64,000 nucleotides of DNA from a virus (taxonomy: Duplodnaviria > Heunggongvirae > Uroviricota > Caudoviricetes), in the IMG/VR virus record IMGVR_UViG_3300028805_000045; one strand, written 5' to 3'. Each line of letters starts with the position of its first letter. Position 1 is the stretch's first letter. Below are positions 46,160-55,996 of this stretch, in pieces. Both the position numbers and the translations under genes were made by a program. The notes beneath the pieces are model-generated. The model was given only the letters and a program-made list of their open reading frames with translations, was not told where the DNA came from and did no database searches.

Positions 46160-46429
46160 TTACTCGTCCTTACATCCTACGACAAGTTGATTACCGACTT
46201 CCTGGGAGTCAATCGGAGAACCGCAGTAATATATCGTCAGACCTCTCTCAGAAATTTCACTGATAAGGTCATTAATTTTATCGGTATATTCCGCGATAAG
46301 CAGTTCCCGTGTTGCACGAGCGCGTCGTTCCGTTTCCTGGGGAATCGCATTGAGCAGGAGCGCGAGTTCATAATCGCTAAGGCTTTCCAAATCAATTCCA
46401 TGACTTGCCATCATTTTTACAAAATTCAT
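46160..46429 (-). CDS. Cassette hypothetical protein
   Basis: Promoter, leader hairpin, stop in terminator loop. Confidence 0.7.
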   Translation of the reverse strand: MNFVKMMASHGIDLESLSDYELALLLNAIPQETERRARATRELLIAEYTDKINDLISEISERGLTIYYCGSPIDSQEVGNQLVVGCKDE

Positions 46430-46551
46430 CTTAATATCCTTTCTGGTTTTTAAGTCTTTCCTTGACTTCTTACAGATAGAGTATAACATAAATTTTATTA
46501 TAAGTCAATATTAAATTTTAGATGTTAAACATCTAACAAAAGAAAGGGGAT

Positions 46552-46923
46552 TTATTCCCCTTTTTCTTCTTCCTTCTTTTTCTTTTCTTCCCGCGCTTTC
46601 TTATCACGGGCAATTTTCGCTTCTTTGGCCTTGGCCTTCTCGACCTTGGCGGCCTGCTTCTCGTTGTAAGCGTCAATTTCAGACTGCATCAGTTCGCGGG
46701 CGGTCATGTCCTCGCGTTCCTCGGCAACAATGACGCCAACACGGCAATAGCGCTCAACGCCGTTTTTATCGGTCAGAATGACGCCATACTGACGGTCGTT
46801 GATTTTAACATAATCTTCGCGGGGATTATCAAAATCAACTTCGGTGGGAGGGTCGAGAATGAGATCAGCAAACACTTGGGCGCGCAGGTCGGCATCCACA
46901 ACATTCTTAGAAATCTTAGCCAT
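46552..46923 (-). CDS. Cassette protein with Lys/Ala/Glu-rich C-terminal tail (family B)
   Basis: MAKISKN..AAKVEKAKAKEAK; GC-rich codons. Confidence 0.75.
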   Translation of the reverse strand: MAKISKNVVDADLRAQVFADLILDPPTEVDFDNPREDYVKINDRQYGVILTDKNGVERYCRVGVIVAEEREDMTARELMQSEIDAYNEKQAAKVEKAKAKEAKIARDKKAREEKKKKEEEKGE

Positions 46924-47054
46924 AATCAAGCCACCTTTCTGGTTTTTAAGTGTTGTTCCTTCACTTGATGGGTATAGTATAGCATAAGTGAAGGAAGAAG
47001 TCAAGAAGTTATTTTAGATGTTTAACATCTAAATTGTAGAAAGGGCGTTAGCCC

Positions 47055-47267
47055 TTACTGTACAGTTAAGGTCTCTACAAGATATTGGCCGCAATTGGTA
47101 TATACTATCATATCCCCTAAACTATTAGGGCGGCGAAAATATTCATGCTCGCCCACCTCAAAGAAAGAGGGAATGGCTTCAAGTGCTTTTTCGGGAGAAG
47201 TGTATGCTCCTAAGTTTGTAGAACATCCAGTGTTATCTTCCCAGAAGAAAATTACAAATACTTTCAT
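47055..47267 (-). CDS. Cassette hypothetical protein
   Basis: MKVFVIF..GAYTSPEKA. Confidence 0.65.
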   Translation of the reverse strand: MKVFVIFFWEDNTGCSTNLGAYTSPEKALEAIPSFFEVGEHEYFRRPNSLGDMIVYTNCGQYLVETLTVQ

Positions 47268-47368
47268 TTTAGCACTTCCTTTCTTTTTTCTATATAAATT
47301 ATATCATAACTTTTGAAATTTGTCAATTTTCAAATTTAGATGTTTAACATCTAAACAAAAAAAGTGGG

Positions 47369-47599
47369 TTATTCACCCACAATTGCTTCGGTTAAGTCCA
47401 TCCAGTCGTGATAGGTCGTAATAATTTTAACTTCATCAGGTTCAAACGTGCCGCCGCAACAACCGCAAATAACGAAAAGAAGTTTGGGTTCCTCATTTTC
47501 GTTTTCTTGCTCGTATGCCGCAATCCCGCCCAGAATTTCCTGTTCTTCTTCGGGAAGCGTATTGTCTACAAATTTAACTTGCTTATAAAATCCTACCAT
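47369..47599 (-). CDS. Cassette hypothetical protein
   Basis: VICGCCGG motif. Confidence 0.7.
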   Translation of the reverse strand: MVGFYKQVKFVDNTLPEEEQEILGGIAAYEQENENEEPKLLFVICGCCGGTFEPDEVKIITTYHDWMDLTEAIVGE

Positions 47600-47712
47600 T
47601 TAGAATCACTCCTTTCTTTTTACATACATATTATATCATGCTGTTTGAAATTTGTCAAACTTAAAAATTAGATGTTAAACATCTAAATTGAAAGGATAGA
47701 AAAAATGGGAGA

Positions 47713-48702
47713 TTACTCTCCCATATACGCCATCACGGAAAAGATTTTATTTTCAATCTTTCTGTAATATGCTGTTCCTTCTTCTTTCGTGTTAAGATGA
47801 GCACGAAGGACAGAAACAACTTTTTCACATTCAGAAATATCAGGATACTTGCGGCGCTTTACAAAGTCCACGGTCTCTCCAAGTTCACGGAAAGGGAAAA
47901 AGCTGATGCCGATTTCAATAGCATGACGGGCGGCAATTTTAGAAAGAATGAAGGTCTCAATCATTGCGTCATCGAGCGCGGTATGACTTTCTACAAAGTC
48001 ATATTTATTTACCAAATACTGGTAAGAGGTTTCGGCGCTGGTTTTGAAGTAAAGGCCGGAAGCGGAAAGCAAGTCATGATTTAAGCATTCTTTTTTATAA
48101 GAAACATTGTTCAAAAGGATTTTTGCGGCAAGGCCCCAAAGGTCAAACAGGGGGAAATCTTCGCCGCGAAACTTGAAGCAATCGGCATCAAATTCTTTTT
48201 CGGGGTCTTTACGGTATTTTTCATTTGCGATTCGTGCACACAACAGGCGCTGAACCTGTTCCCACCGTTGATAGTCCGGGCTATACAGTTTCCGGATATA
48301 CAATTCAGTAAAGGGGATAGCTTTCTTGAAATCAAACATGGAATTAAACGCGCCCACCGCGTCAACCGTGCGCAGGTCAGCAAGGAACAATTCCATAATT
48401 TCATCCCAGGTTTTAATGACGGTTTCGCCGCGCTTGAGCATCTCCAGATACCGGGGCCGCTTTTCAGCATAATATGCAGTATTAAACACGGCGGGCACGC
48501 AGAAAGTTTCAGCCACCAGGAATTGCTTGCTGTCCAGGATTTCGCCCTTGCGGTTGGTAATAGTCCAGCCGATGTCATACACGAGAGGCCGGGCGATGGC
48601 AATTTTCTTTTTCTTTTCGGGGTCATCGTTGGCAATTTCATTAGCGAAGGGCAGGGTCGCGGTTTCGGTGTCTACTACCATGTAGGTCAGTTTTTTACTC
48701 AT
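47713..48702 (-). CDS. DEDDh 3'-5' exonuclease-family protein
   Basis: VVDTET, AFNSMFD, HTALDDA. Confidence 0.8.
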   Translation of the reverse strand: MSKKLTYMVVDTETATLPFANEIANDDPEKKKKIAIARPLVYDIGWTITNRKGEILDSKQFLVAETFCVPAVFNTAYYAEKRPRYLEMLKRGETVIKTWDEIMELFLADLRTVDAVGAFNSMFDFKKAIPFTELYIRKLYSPDYQRWEQVQRLLCARIANEKYRKDPEKEFDADCFKFRGEDFPLFDLWGLAAKILLNNVSYKKECLNHDLLSASGLYFKTSAETSYQYLVNKYDFVESHTALDDAMIETFILSKIAARHAIEIGISFFPFRELGETVDFVKRRKYPDISECEKVVSVLRAHLNTKEEGTAYYRKIENKIFSVMAYMGE

Positions 48703-48832
48703 CCAGTTAATCCCTTTCTGGTTTCAAGTGTTTTCCTTCACTTCATGTATAGAGTATATCATGGAATAGATAAAAAGTCAACAAAGAGATTTAGATGTTA
48801 AACATCTAAATAAAGAAAAGCGGCAAAGCCGC

Positions 48833-49132
48833 TTAATCATCATTAGTCAATTCAACTTCATAGAGATATTCGTTATTACAGTGGATGGAAAAGGCGGGGT
48901 CTTCTGAATCGGAATCCCAATAGAAGTCAATAGTATATCCTGCCGCGACCGCATCAGAAATTGCCTTACGAATATTATTAAAATATTCATCCTTCTTTTC
49001 TTCCTTGCGGCGATGCTGTTCTTTGCATACGTCTAAAAGAATATTGTTCAATTGTTCATCACTTGCGGAATGGAGCATCTGGCACAGATAACCATGATTG
49101 AAGGGGGTGAAGTCGTGATTACGTTCTTTCAT
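48833..49132 (-). CDS. Cassette hypothetical protein
   Basis: Promoter, RBS, terminator. Confidence 0.65.
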   Translation of the reverse strand: MKERNHDFTPFNHGYLCQMLHSASDEQLNNILLDVCKEQHRRKEEKKDEYFNNIRKAISDAVAAGYTIDFYWDSDSEDPAFSIHCNNEYLYEVELTNDD

Positions 49133-49243
49133 TCTAAGCACTTCCTTTCTTTTTATGTATAGAGTATAGCATACATTTATAAAAAAGTCAATCTTAAAAT
49201 TTAGATGTTAAACATCTAAAAGTAAAATAAAAAAGAAAGGGGC

Positions 49244-49588
49244 TTATGCCCCTTCCTTCATGCGGTAGGAATTGACCTTGCCTTCAATCTTTTCCACCGC
49301 GTCAGTCCAGTAGTGGGTCAGGCCATAACCGACCTGATTCTTAGTGAAGCCTTCGGGCAGTCCCTTTTCGCATTCTGCGAAGATCTCCGCGACAGTCGCG
49401 GGCTTCCCGGCAATCCGCAACGCTTCCAGAACCGCGGGCTTTGCGGCGGCGTACATGGCTTCTTTTTCCGCCTTTACGCGGTCATTGCGGTGAAGTTCTT
49501 TTTCAAGGGCTTCCATCACGGCGGGCTTGTTCTCGAAGTCAACAGTGTTCAGAGCGGTGTAAATGGTGTTCATGATTTCCTTAGTCAT
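49244..49588 (-). CDS. Putative winged-helix DNA-binding protein (family A)
   Basis: KPATVAEI..LPEGFTKNQVGYGL..W..VEKIEGKVNSY; paralog of 52613 and 56442. Confidence 0.65.
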   Translation of the reverse strand: MTKEIMNTIYTALNTVDFENKPAVMEALEKELHRNDRVKAEKEAMYAAAKPAVLEALRIAGKPATVAEIFAECEKGLPEGFTKNQVGYGLTHYWTDAVEKIEGKVNSYRMKEGA

Positions 49589-49691
49589 ATTAGTTCCCTT
49601 TCTGGTTTTTGAGAGTTTTCCTTCTCTTTTTCTTACATCCTTATTGTAGCACAGGATTTGCTTTTTGTCAAGAAGAAATTTTGTTAAGTTT

Positions 49692-49797
49692 TTGTTACAA
49701 GGGAGGAGTGGTTGTCACACGAGCGGCCGAAGGTGTGACGTTCTCGTTATCAAGAGAACACTCTTACTTTTTCCGTTTGCTCTCTCCCTTGGAACAA
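49692..49797 (-). ncRNA. Putative structured small RNA A
   Basis: Own promoter, no credible ORF; 5' UUGUUCCAAGGGAG pairs with 3' CUCCCUUGUAACAA; two internal hairpins. Confidence 0.55.
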
Positions 49798-49880
49798 TTA
49801 TATATTACCACATTTTTAGAAAGAAGTCAACATTTGAGTTTAGATGTTAAACATCTAAGTAAAATAACCCGCTATGCGGG

Positions 49881-50135
49881 TTAATAGTCAATATCAATAT
49901 AAACAGTCTCACCCAATAGATAAGGGGCCTCTTTTAGAATCACCTGTGAAATAAGGATTTCTTCTTCGTTATAATCTTCATATTCTTCAGGAGGAATCAT
50001 ATAGAGTCCGATGGAACATTCAGGCCCAGGGGTATACTGTTCATTGAAATCGCCTTCAATGTTTTTTCCAAATTGCTTTCTAATTTGGTCAAATACTTCG
50101 CGGCCCTCTACATGTGTCCAAGTAGTAAACTTCAT
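49881..50135 (-). CDS. Cassette hypothetical protein
   Basis: MKFTTW..; promoter and terminator. Confidence 0.65.
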   Translation of the reverse strand: MKFTTWTHVEGREVFDQIRKQFGKNIEGDFNEQYTPGPECSIGLYMIPPEEYEDYNEEEILISQVILKEAPYLLGETVYIDIDY

Positions 50136-50235
50136 AAATCCACTTCCTTTCTTTTGATGGATATAGTATAACATAATAATATTGAAAAGTCAACTAATAA
50201 ATTTAGATGTTAAACATCTAAGTAAAAAAGGAGGA

Positions 50236-50565
50236 TTACTCCTCCTCCTTCTTTTCCTTTGCCTTGGCTACCTTCTTAGCCTTTTCCGCGTCCTTCGCGG
50301 CCTTTTCTTCGGCCTTGATGCGCTTTTCTTCCTTCCACGCTTCCGCGGCCTCAAAGGGGTCGAAGGCTTCGGCGGTCTTGGTGGGCTTGTAAGCCTTGGT
50401 CTTGATGGTTACTTCCGTCCAGATTTCCTGGCCTTCAATGTTCTGAAGGATAGCCCACGAAGAATCTGCAAACTGAACAGCAGACTGTTCTTTCAGAGCA
50501 TCACTCATGGCGGCGATAGTAGCATTGCGGGCGGCGTTCTTCATTTCAGTAGCGTTCATAGACAT
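50236..50565 (-). CDS. Cassette protein with Lys/Ala/Glu-rich tail (family B)
   Basis: FEAAEAWKEEKRIKAEEKAAK; GC-rich codons. Confidence 0.75.
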   Translation of the reverse strand: MSMNATEMKNAARNATIAAMSDALKEQSAVQFADSSWAILQNIEGQEIWTEVTIKTKAYKPTKTAEAFDPFEAAEAWKEEKRIKAEEKAAKDAEKAKKVAKAKEKKEEE

Positions 50566-50669
50566 AATTTATACTTCCTTTCCGGTTTTTAAGAGTTTTC
50601 CTTCTCTTGATTACGCATTTATTATATCATGGATTTTGAAGTTTGTCAAGAAGAAATTTTGTTAAATTT

Positions 50670-50788
50670 TTGTCACAAGGGACTTGCAAGTGAGGTTTGC
50701 CCGTGTATCGGGAGCTTTGTAGCATCTGACACGTTGCGTTTGCGGTCTGTCAGATCGGCCCGAGGTTCTTTTCCTCTCCCTTGGAACA
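50670..50788 (-). ncRNA. Putative structured small RNA B
   Basis: 5' UGUUCCAAGGGA pairs with 3' UCCCUUGUGACA; AUCUGACA/UGUCAGAU stem. Confidence 0.5.
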
Positions 50789-50912
50789 CTTATATAATAT
50801 CACAAATTTAGAAAGAAGTCAATAATTGATTTTAGATGTTTAACATCTAAAAGAAGGGGTTGCGTTTTCAAGTATTTTATGTTATAATGTAACCGTAATA
50901 AAGAAAGGGGTT

Positions 50913-51410
50913 ATGAAAATGAAAACTGATTACACTGTACGCGCTCAAAAGTTTTTGGATGAAATCTTCCCGGTGATCGAAAAGTCTTTGGATGACCCCT
51001 ATGATTTGGCTGATGCGCTGTTTGACTATTGCGCGAAAAATCACAAGCGGGTGAATGTTCGGAACGGTGTTTCTCGCTGGGCCATTATTCATTCCGACTA
51101 TGTAATTAAATATGATTATAATGAGGAATGTTGGGTTGGAAATTGCCCCAACGAAGTGGATAAGTATGCGCAAGCAGAAAAAGATGGCTTTGCCTATCTG
51201 TTTGCCAAAATCACCCCGGTAGTTTCTCATAATATTACTTTTTATGTTATGCCCCGTGTTAAAAACATTGGGCGTCACAAGAGTTTGATAAGAGCGCTTA
51301 CAAATGAAGAATGGGATTACGTTTGGAGCATAACAGATGATCTGCACTGTAATAATTATGGTTGGGAAAATGATAAGCCTGTTATTATTGACTATGCCTG
51401 TGACCCGTAA
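50913..51410 (+). CDS. Minimal protein-kinase-like fold protein
   Basis: GVSR, VIKY, E..Y, VMPRV, DLH.NNYG, IIDY motifs. Confidence 0.65.
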   Translation: MKMKTDYTVRAQKFLDEIFPVIEKSLDDPYDLADALFDYCAKNHKRVNVRNGVSRWAIIHSDYVIKYDYNEECWVGNCPNEVDKYAQAEKDGFAYLFAKITPVVSHNITFYVMPRVKNIGRHKSLIRALTNEEWDYVWSITDDLHCNNYGWENDKPVIIDYACDP

Positions 51411-51457
51411 GGGTCTTTTATATTTAGATGTTTAACATCTAAATAAAGAAAGCGCGG

Positions 51458-51856
51458 TTACTCCGCGCTCTCGATCATTCCTTTCAATCCTTTTTGATTA
51501 AGTTCTTTTACAACTTTCTTTGCTTCGCGCTTGCGTTCCTTCTCTTTTTCGGCGGCGGCCTTTTTGGCTTCGCTTGCCGCTTTCTTTGCCGCCTTTTCTT
51601 CAAGATCGAACTTGTAATCATCGGCGGCGGCGTAAGCGTCATATTCAGTATAACCGCCCTCACCGTTGCGAGTGCCGCGAGGAATGGAAATCTTTATCAG
51701 ATAGAAAAATTCATTTCCATCCGCGTCTACGCCCGGAATAGCGATTTCGCTGGGGCCTACGCGCAAAACATCGGCGTTACGACGTTCAGAAAGAATAGTC
51801 TGGACTTCTTCAAGTAATTCATTTTTCTGCGCGTTGCGGTTTGCTTCTTTACCCAT
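51458..51856 (-). CDS. Cassette protein with Lys/Ala/Glu-rich tail (family B)
   Basis: YDAYAAADDYKFDLEEKAAKKAA. Confidence 0.75.
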   Translation of the reverse strand: MGKEANRNAQKNELLEEVQTILSERRNADVLRVGPSEIAIPGVDADGNEFFYLIKISIPRGTRNGEGGYTEYDAYAAADDYKFDLEEKAAKKAASEAKKAAAEKEKERKREAKKVVKELNQKGLKGMIESAE

Positions 51857-52042
51857 TTTTCATCCTTCTTTCTGGTTTAGTGTTTTCCTTCACTTTTCAT
51901 ATATAATATATCATAATTTTGAAAAATTGTCAAGTATTTTTTCGGGATAATTTGAAAAAATTTTTATACAGAATTTTGTATAATTATGTGGAAATGAAAT
52001 TAGATGTTAAACATCTAAGTAGAGAAAGAGGGATAAACCCTC

Positions 52043-52477
52043 TTAATTCGGGCGTGCTCCATATTCTTTATCGGTATAATTTAGCAAGTGTCTAAGTAAA
52101 TCTTCAATTTGATCACGCGTTTTTACTCTAACGGCGTAATCAATTTTTTCTTTTGATAATTTTTTAATGTGTTCCGCTTCATTTTCGATGGTTCTTTTTT
52201 TAGTTTCTTCTGTAAGTTCTTTACAATATTCTTGAATACATTCTTTCGGATTTATTGGGTCAATATGAATTACTGTATCGTTACTGCCATGCCAATTAGT
52301 ATATTCTTCTCGTTGCTTTAGATAATCTTCTTTTGTCATATTGACAGAGGCGAGCGCTTCTTCTTCTGTTTTATAAAAGCCAAGACATTCATAGTAGTAC
52401 CACCCATTGTTTGAGACTTCATAGGCTGTTTCCGGAAGAAGATCGTCTAAAAGCATGTTGACTGCATATTCCCGCAT
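52043..52477 (-). CDS. Cassette hypothetical protein
   Basis: Promoter, leader hairpin, terminator. Confidence 0.7.
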   Translation of the reverse strand: MREYAVNMLLDDLLPETAYEVSNNGWYYYECLGFYKTEEEALASVNMTKEDYLKQREEYTNWHGSNDTVIHIDPINPKECIQEYCKELTEETKKRTIENEAEHIKKLSKEKIDYAVRVKTRDQIEDLLRHLLNYTDKEYGARPN

Positions 52478-52612
52478 AGTTTTTTCCTTTCTGGTTTAAG
52501 GAGTTTTCCTTCTCCTTTTTCTTACAATAGAATTATAGTATTTTAGAAATAAAATGTCAATAGAATAAATTAGATGTTTAACATCTAAATAAAACCAAAA
52601 AGAAAAGAGGGC

Positions 52613-52936
52613 TTACGCCCTCTTGTATTCGTTGACCTTGCCCTCGATCTTGACGACCTCGGCGGCCCACAGTTCCCGCAAGGCGTACTGCACCTTGCTC
52701 TTGGTCATGCCCTCGGGGACAGTGCTCTTCACGGCTTCCCACAGTTCCGCAAGCGTCACGGGCTTGTCGGTCAGGGCGCCGATAACCACTTCATGGGCGG
52801 CGGCGTACAGGTTACGATTGGCCTGGGCCTTTTCGGCGTTCTTGTCCAGTTCGGCCTGAAGTTCGGCATATTCGGCGGCGAGTTCGGGCACGTTCTTGAT
52901 GTAGTTAGCGATAGCGGCCATAGTGTTCCTCTTCAT
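52613..52936 (-). CDS. Putative winged-helix DNA-binding protein (family A)
   Basis: KPVTLAEL..VPEGMTKSKVQYAL..W..VVKIEGKVNEY. Confidence 0.65.
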   Translation of the reverse strand: MKRNTMAAIANYIKNVPELAAEYAELQAELDKNAEKAQANRNLYAAAHEVVIGALTDKPVTLAELWEAVKSTVPEGMTKSKVQYALRELWAAEVVKIEGKVNEYKRA

Positions 52937-53037
52937 AGTTTATCCCTTTCTGGTTTTTAGGACTTTTCCTTGTCCTTTTCATGTATTCATTATAGCACAG
53001 TTTGTGCTTAATGTCAAGCATTTTTTTTGTTAAGTTT

Positions 53038-53163
53038 TTGTTACAAGTTCCTGTGCCCTCTCGGCGTGGTTACGGCTTCCATAACGCTTTTTCAGTCCTT
53101 GCGGATATGGAGGGCACGGGAGGAGTTCTTGCCTGCCGTCCGCTTTCCTCTCTCCCTTGGAAC
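53038..53163 (-). ncRNA. Putative structured small RNA C
   Basis: 5' GUUCCAAG pairs with 3' CUUGUAAC; GUGCCCUC/GAGGGCAC stem. Confidence 0.5.
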
Positions 53164-53240
53164 GATTATAGTATAGCACAACCTTAAGAAAAGGTCAAGC
53201 ATTGGATTTAGATGTTTAACATCTAAGTTAAAATGGGGCA

Positions 53241-54002
53241 TTATTGCCCCGGTTCGGTAAAACTATACAACCCATCACGAATATATTTCTTTATATATTC
53301 GCCTTGATGAATAATTTCACCATTGACTTTCACGGTGTAAGGCGTAAGGCGCGGGCGCTGTAAGATTTTTACAACTTTGTAATCTTTGCCGGGTTCCGCT
53401 TGGCTTTGATTGAAGCACCATTGTAAAATTATGCTTTCAATATCTACATCATACGCGCCCATGTGCGCTTCTTCAAAGTCATTATTTTTTGTAAGGTATC
53501 TATATACAATTTCGGCGCTTGCTTTATAGTTTCCGCTATCTGTAAAATACTGGTGTTCTTCACAGAAGTCTTTATATGCTTGTGCGCTTGTGATAAATTC
53601 GGAAGCATAGCCCCAAATATCATGAATGGGAATATCTTCCAAAGGGTTATTACACTTAAACCAGTCACAATTGAAAGTGAAAACTTTGTCATCAAAATCA
53701 CTGTTATAGGCGTAAGCATCGGTTACTTCATATTGGATAATATCACGGCGCATCGCTCGCATGATATAACCCCATTTATCCATGACGGCCTTTTTAGACC
53801 GCATCAGACCGATATACAAAGGGCGCTTTTCTTTGTAGTATGCGCTTTCAAACAAGGGTAAATTATGCCATACCTGTTCAACGATGAAGTGACGGCGCAT
53901 GACAGGCGAATCACTTTCATCATTGAAAATTGAATATCCCACGTCATAGCAGAAGGGCTTGTCTAAAGAGGTCGTTTCAGTGTCAAATACCATATAAGCC
54001 AT
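53241..54002 (-). CDS. DEDDh 3'-5' exonuclease-family protein
   Basis: VFDTET, AYNSDFD, HMGAYDV; paralog of 47713-48702. Confidence 0.8.
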   Translation of the reverse strand: MAYMVFDTETTSLDKPFCYDVGYSIFNDESDSPVMRRHFIVEQVWHNLPLFESAYYKEKRPLYIGLMRSKKAVMDKWGYIMRAMRRDIIQYEVTDAYAYNSDFDDKVFTFNCDWFKCNNPLEDIPIHDIWGYASEFITSAQAYKDFCEEHQYFTDSGNYKASAEIVYRYLTKNNDFEEAHMGAYDVDIESIILQWCFNQSQAEPGKDYKVVKILQRPRLTPYTVKVNGEIIHQGEYIKKYIRDGLYSFTEPGQ

Positions 54003-54120
54003 ACGGGTGCCTTTCTGGTTTGCGGTGTTTTCCTTCACCTATGGAAATAGTATAACATTAAAGAAATGAAATGTCAAGAGAGAAATTAGATGTTAAACAT
54101 CTAAATAATAAAAGGGGAGA

Positions 54121-54378
54121 TTAAATCTCCCCTTCTTCCCATTCACCATTACAGTTTAACCATGGAACATTACATTCCAAATCGCTATTGTATGTATTAA
54201 GTTTTACTGGTGTAATAGAAATGGAATGAATACCATTTACAATTTCTGAGAAGTCCGAAAAGTATTCTTCTCGCGCTTGAAATGCGGCCTCCGGGGTATC
54301 AAAAACCCCAATTAGATAGTCATAACCATCCGCATCTTCTTCAAAAAGAGAATAATGGTGAATAACTACATACAACAT
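54121..54378 (-). CDS. Cassette hypothetical protein
   Basis: IGVFDTPEAA; leader hairpin. Confidence 0.7.
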   Translation of the reverse strand: MLYVVIHHYSLFEEDADGYDYLIGVFDTPEAAFQAREEYFSDFSEIVNGIHSISITPVKLNTYNSDLECNVPWLNCNGEWEEGEI

Positions 54379-54473
54379 AATTTTTCCTTTCTGGTGTTAA
54401 GGATTTTCCTTTCCTTTTACACATTGATTATAGCACAGAATTTAGAGACTGTCAAGTGGTTTTTATTAAGAAT

Positions 54474-54564
54474 TGGGAAAGGTTGGAGTCGAACCAACAT
54501 CAAGGGCATTCAATCGCTCTATCCCTTCACGCGATCAAGCTCTGACCAATTGAGCTACTTTCCC
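54474..54564 (-). tRNA. tRNA-like RNA with non-canonical anticodon region (isotype undetermined)
   Basis: Acceptor GGGAAAG/CUUUCCC+A, D arm GCUC-AAUUGGUCA-GAGC, T arm GUUGG-UUCGACU-CCAAC; no 7-nt anticodon loop. Confidence 0.65.
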
Positions 54565-54566
54565 AT

Positions 54567-54731
54567 ATTGTTCCAAGAGAAGGAATTGTTAAGAAATTTC
54601 GATGGTCTTTCTCGCATTTCTTCCCATCGTCAAGAGCAAAGGGTTTCTGTCGTCCACGATGTTGTTTCTGTTTGCCCGCTCTTTCATTAACAAACGCGGT
54701 GGCCTTTCGCTTTCCCTTCCCTTGGAACAAT
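54567..54731 (-). ncRNA. Putative structured small RNA D, directly 5' of the tRNA-like element
   Basis: 17-bp terminal stem AUUGUUCCAAGGGAAGG / CCUUCUCUUGGAACAAU. Confidence 0.55.
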
Positions 54732-54806
54732 TAAAGTATATCATAATTTTAGAATAAAGTCAATAATTAGATTTAGATGTTTAACATCTAAATAATAAAA
54801 GGGTGA

Positions 54807-55259
54807 TTACTCACCCCTTAGAAGTTCTTTCAGAACTTCCAAAATCTGGTTAGGTTCATACGCTTCACCTTTCCATTCTTCACGGTTCGGCGCTTCATCG
54901 TCAAACAGAATATCATCTTCATTTTCCATGAAGGAGGATTTAGGCGTGCCATAGGCCACGATGCGGATGGCATCCCAGCTTACCGACCGCAAGTGTTTTT
55001 TCAGCCATACCAGCTTTGCGGCGGTCACAGCTTCGTCATATTCGGGGGTAGGGCACTTGGAAAGCCAGCTAATAATTCCAATCTGATACCCAGCTTCCTG
55101 CAAGCGGTTCAGATAGCGGGCGAGCAGACTCATATTCAGCATGACTTCGGCTTCCGCATAGGGCGTAGGGTCATAGGCGCGAAGCATAGAAAGCCAACCG
55201 TCAACCGCGTACAGATTGCCCAAAGTGCCATCCATGTCAAACCAAATAGTTTTCATCAT
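54807..55259 (-). CDS. HAD-superfamily phosphatase (5'(3')-deoxyribonucleotidase-like)
   Basis: FDMDGT, K..WL..H, ILFDD motifs. Confidence 0.75.
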   Translation of the reverse strand: MMKTIWFDMDGTLGNLYAVDGWLSMLRAYDPTPYAEAEVMLNMSLLARYLNRLQEAGYQIGIISWLSKCPTPEYDEAVTAAKLVWLKKHLRSVSWDAIRIVAYGTPKSSFMENEDDILFDDEAPNREEWKGEAYEPNQILEVLKELLRGE

Positions 55260-55364
55260 TCATCCCTTCCTTTCTTACGGGTATAGTATACCATAGAATA
55301 AAGAAGAAGTCAAGAATTGAATTTAGATGTTTAACATCTAAAATAGTAAGGCGACAAGTCGCCT

Positions 55365-55679
55365 TTAAGGACATTCAGTACACAGAATAATATTGGAAGA
55401 ATGTGTCAAATATGTGATTCCATCCATAGTAAATTGAATCATATCAGATTCGCTGAAATCTTTCCAAGAAGTGATGGTTCCTTCAATTAGTTCACCGTTT
55501 CCTAATTGAAGAATACCCCAGTTATAACGCCAATTGGTGTCAATGACTTGTTCATTACCATTGAATATAATATTTCTTGTATTTTTTACTAAGAATACAC
55601 CGCCAAGGATAATGACAAGTACGAGGGTGACAGCAACACTAATGAAGATCACGGGATGGTCACTGAAAAAATCGAACAT
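55365..55679 (-). CDS. Membrane-anchored cassette protein
   Basis: N-terminal TM; GNEQVIDT..SWKDF..YLTHSSN. Confidence 0.7.
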   Translation of the reverse strand: MFDFFSDHPVIFISVAVTLVLVIILGGVFLVKNTRNIIFNGNEQVIDTNWRYNWGILQLGNGELIEGTITSWKDFSESDMIQFTMDGITYLTHSSNIILCTECP

Positions 55680-55807
55680 AGCTTTTCCTTTCTGGTTTTT
55701 GGGATTTTCCTTTCCCTTTCGTTCTTACAATAGGATTATAGCATAAGAAAATGAAATTGTCAATTCTATAAGTTAGATGTTTAACATCTAAATAAAATGG
55801 GGAAGCC

Positions 55808-55996
55808 TTAATGGCTTGCCCACAATAAAGTAATTAGAACAATCAAAACGATGAGGACGAAGCTAATCCAAAGCGGGGACAGAACCCAAAGCCAAGACCA
55901 CGTGATGACATTGCACAGTTTAAGGACAATAAAGGCGATAGTCAGAAGTCCGCAGAATCCGATGCCGCCGCGAGTGTTATTTCCATTATTTTTCAT
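55808..55996 (-). CDS. Small two-TM membrane protein
   Basis: GIGFCGLLTIAFIVLKL.VI.WSWLWVLSPLWI. Confidence 0.75.
   Translation of the reverse strand: MKNNGNNTRGGIGFCGLLTIAFIVLKLCNVITWSWLWVLSPLWISFVLIVLIVLITLLWASH

Noticed and set aside
54474..54564. Amber suppressor tRNA
   Set aside because: No CUA anticodon in any plausible loop.
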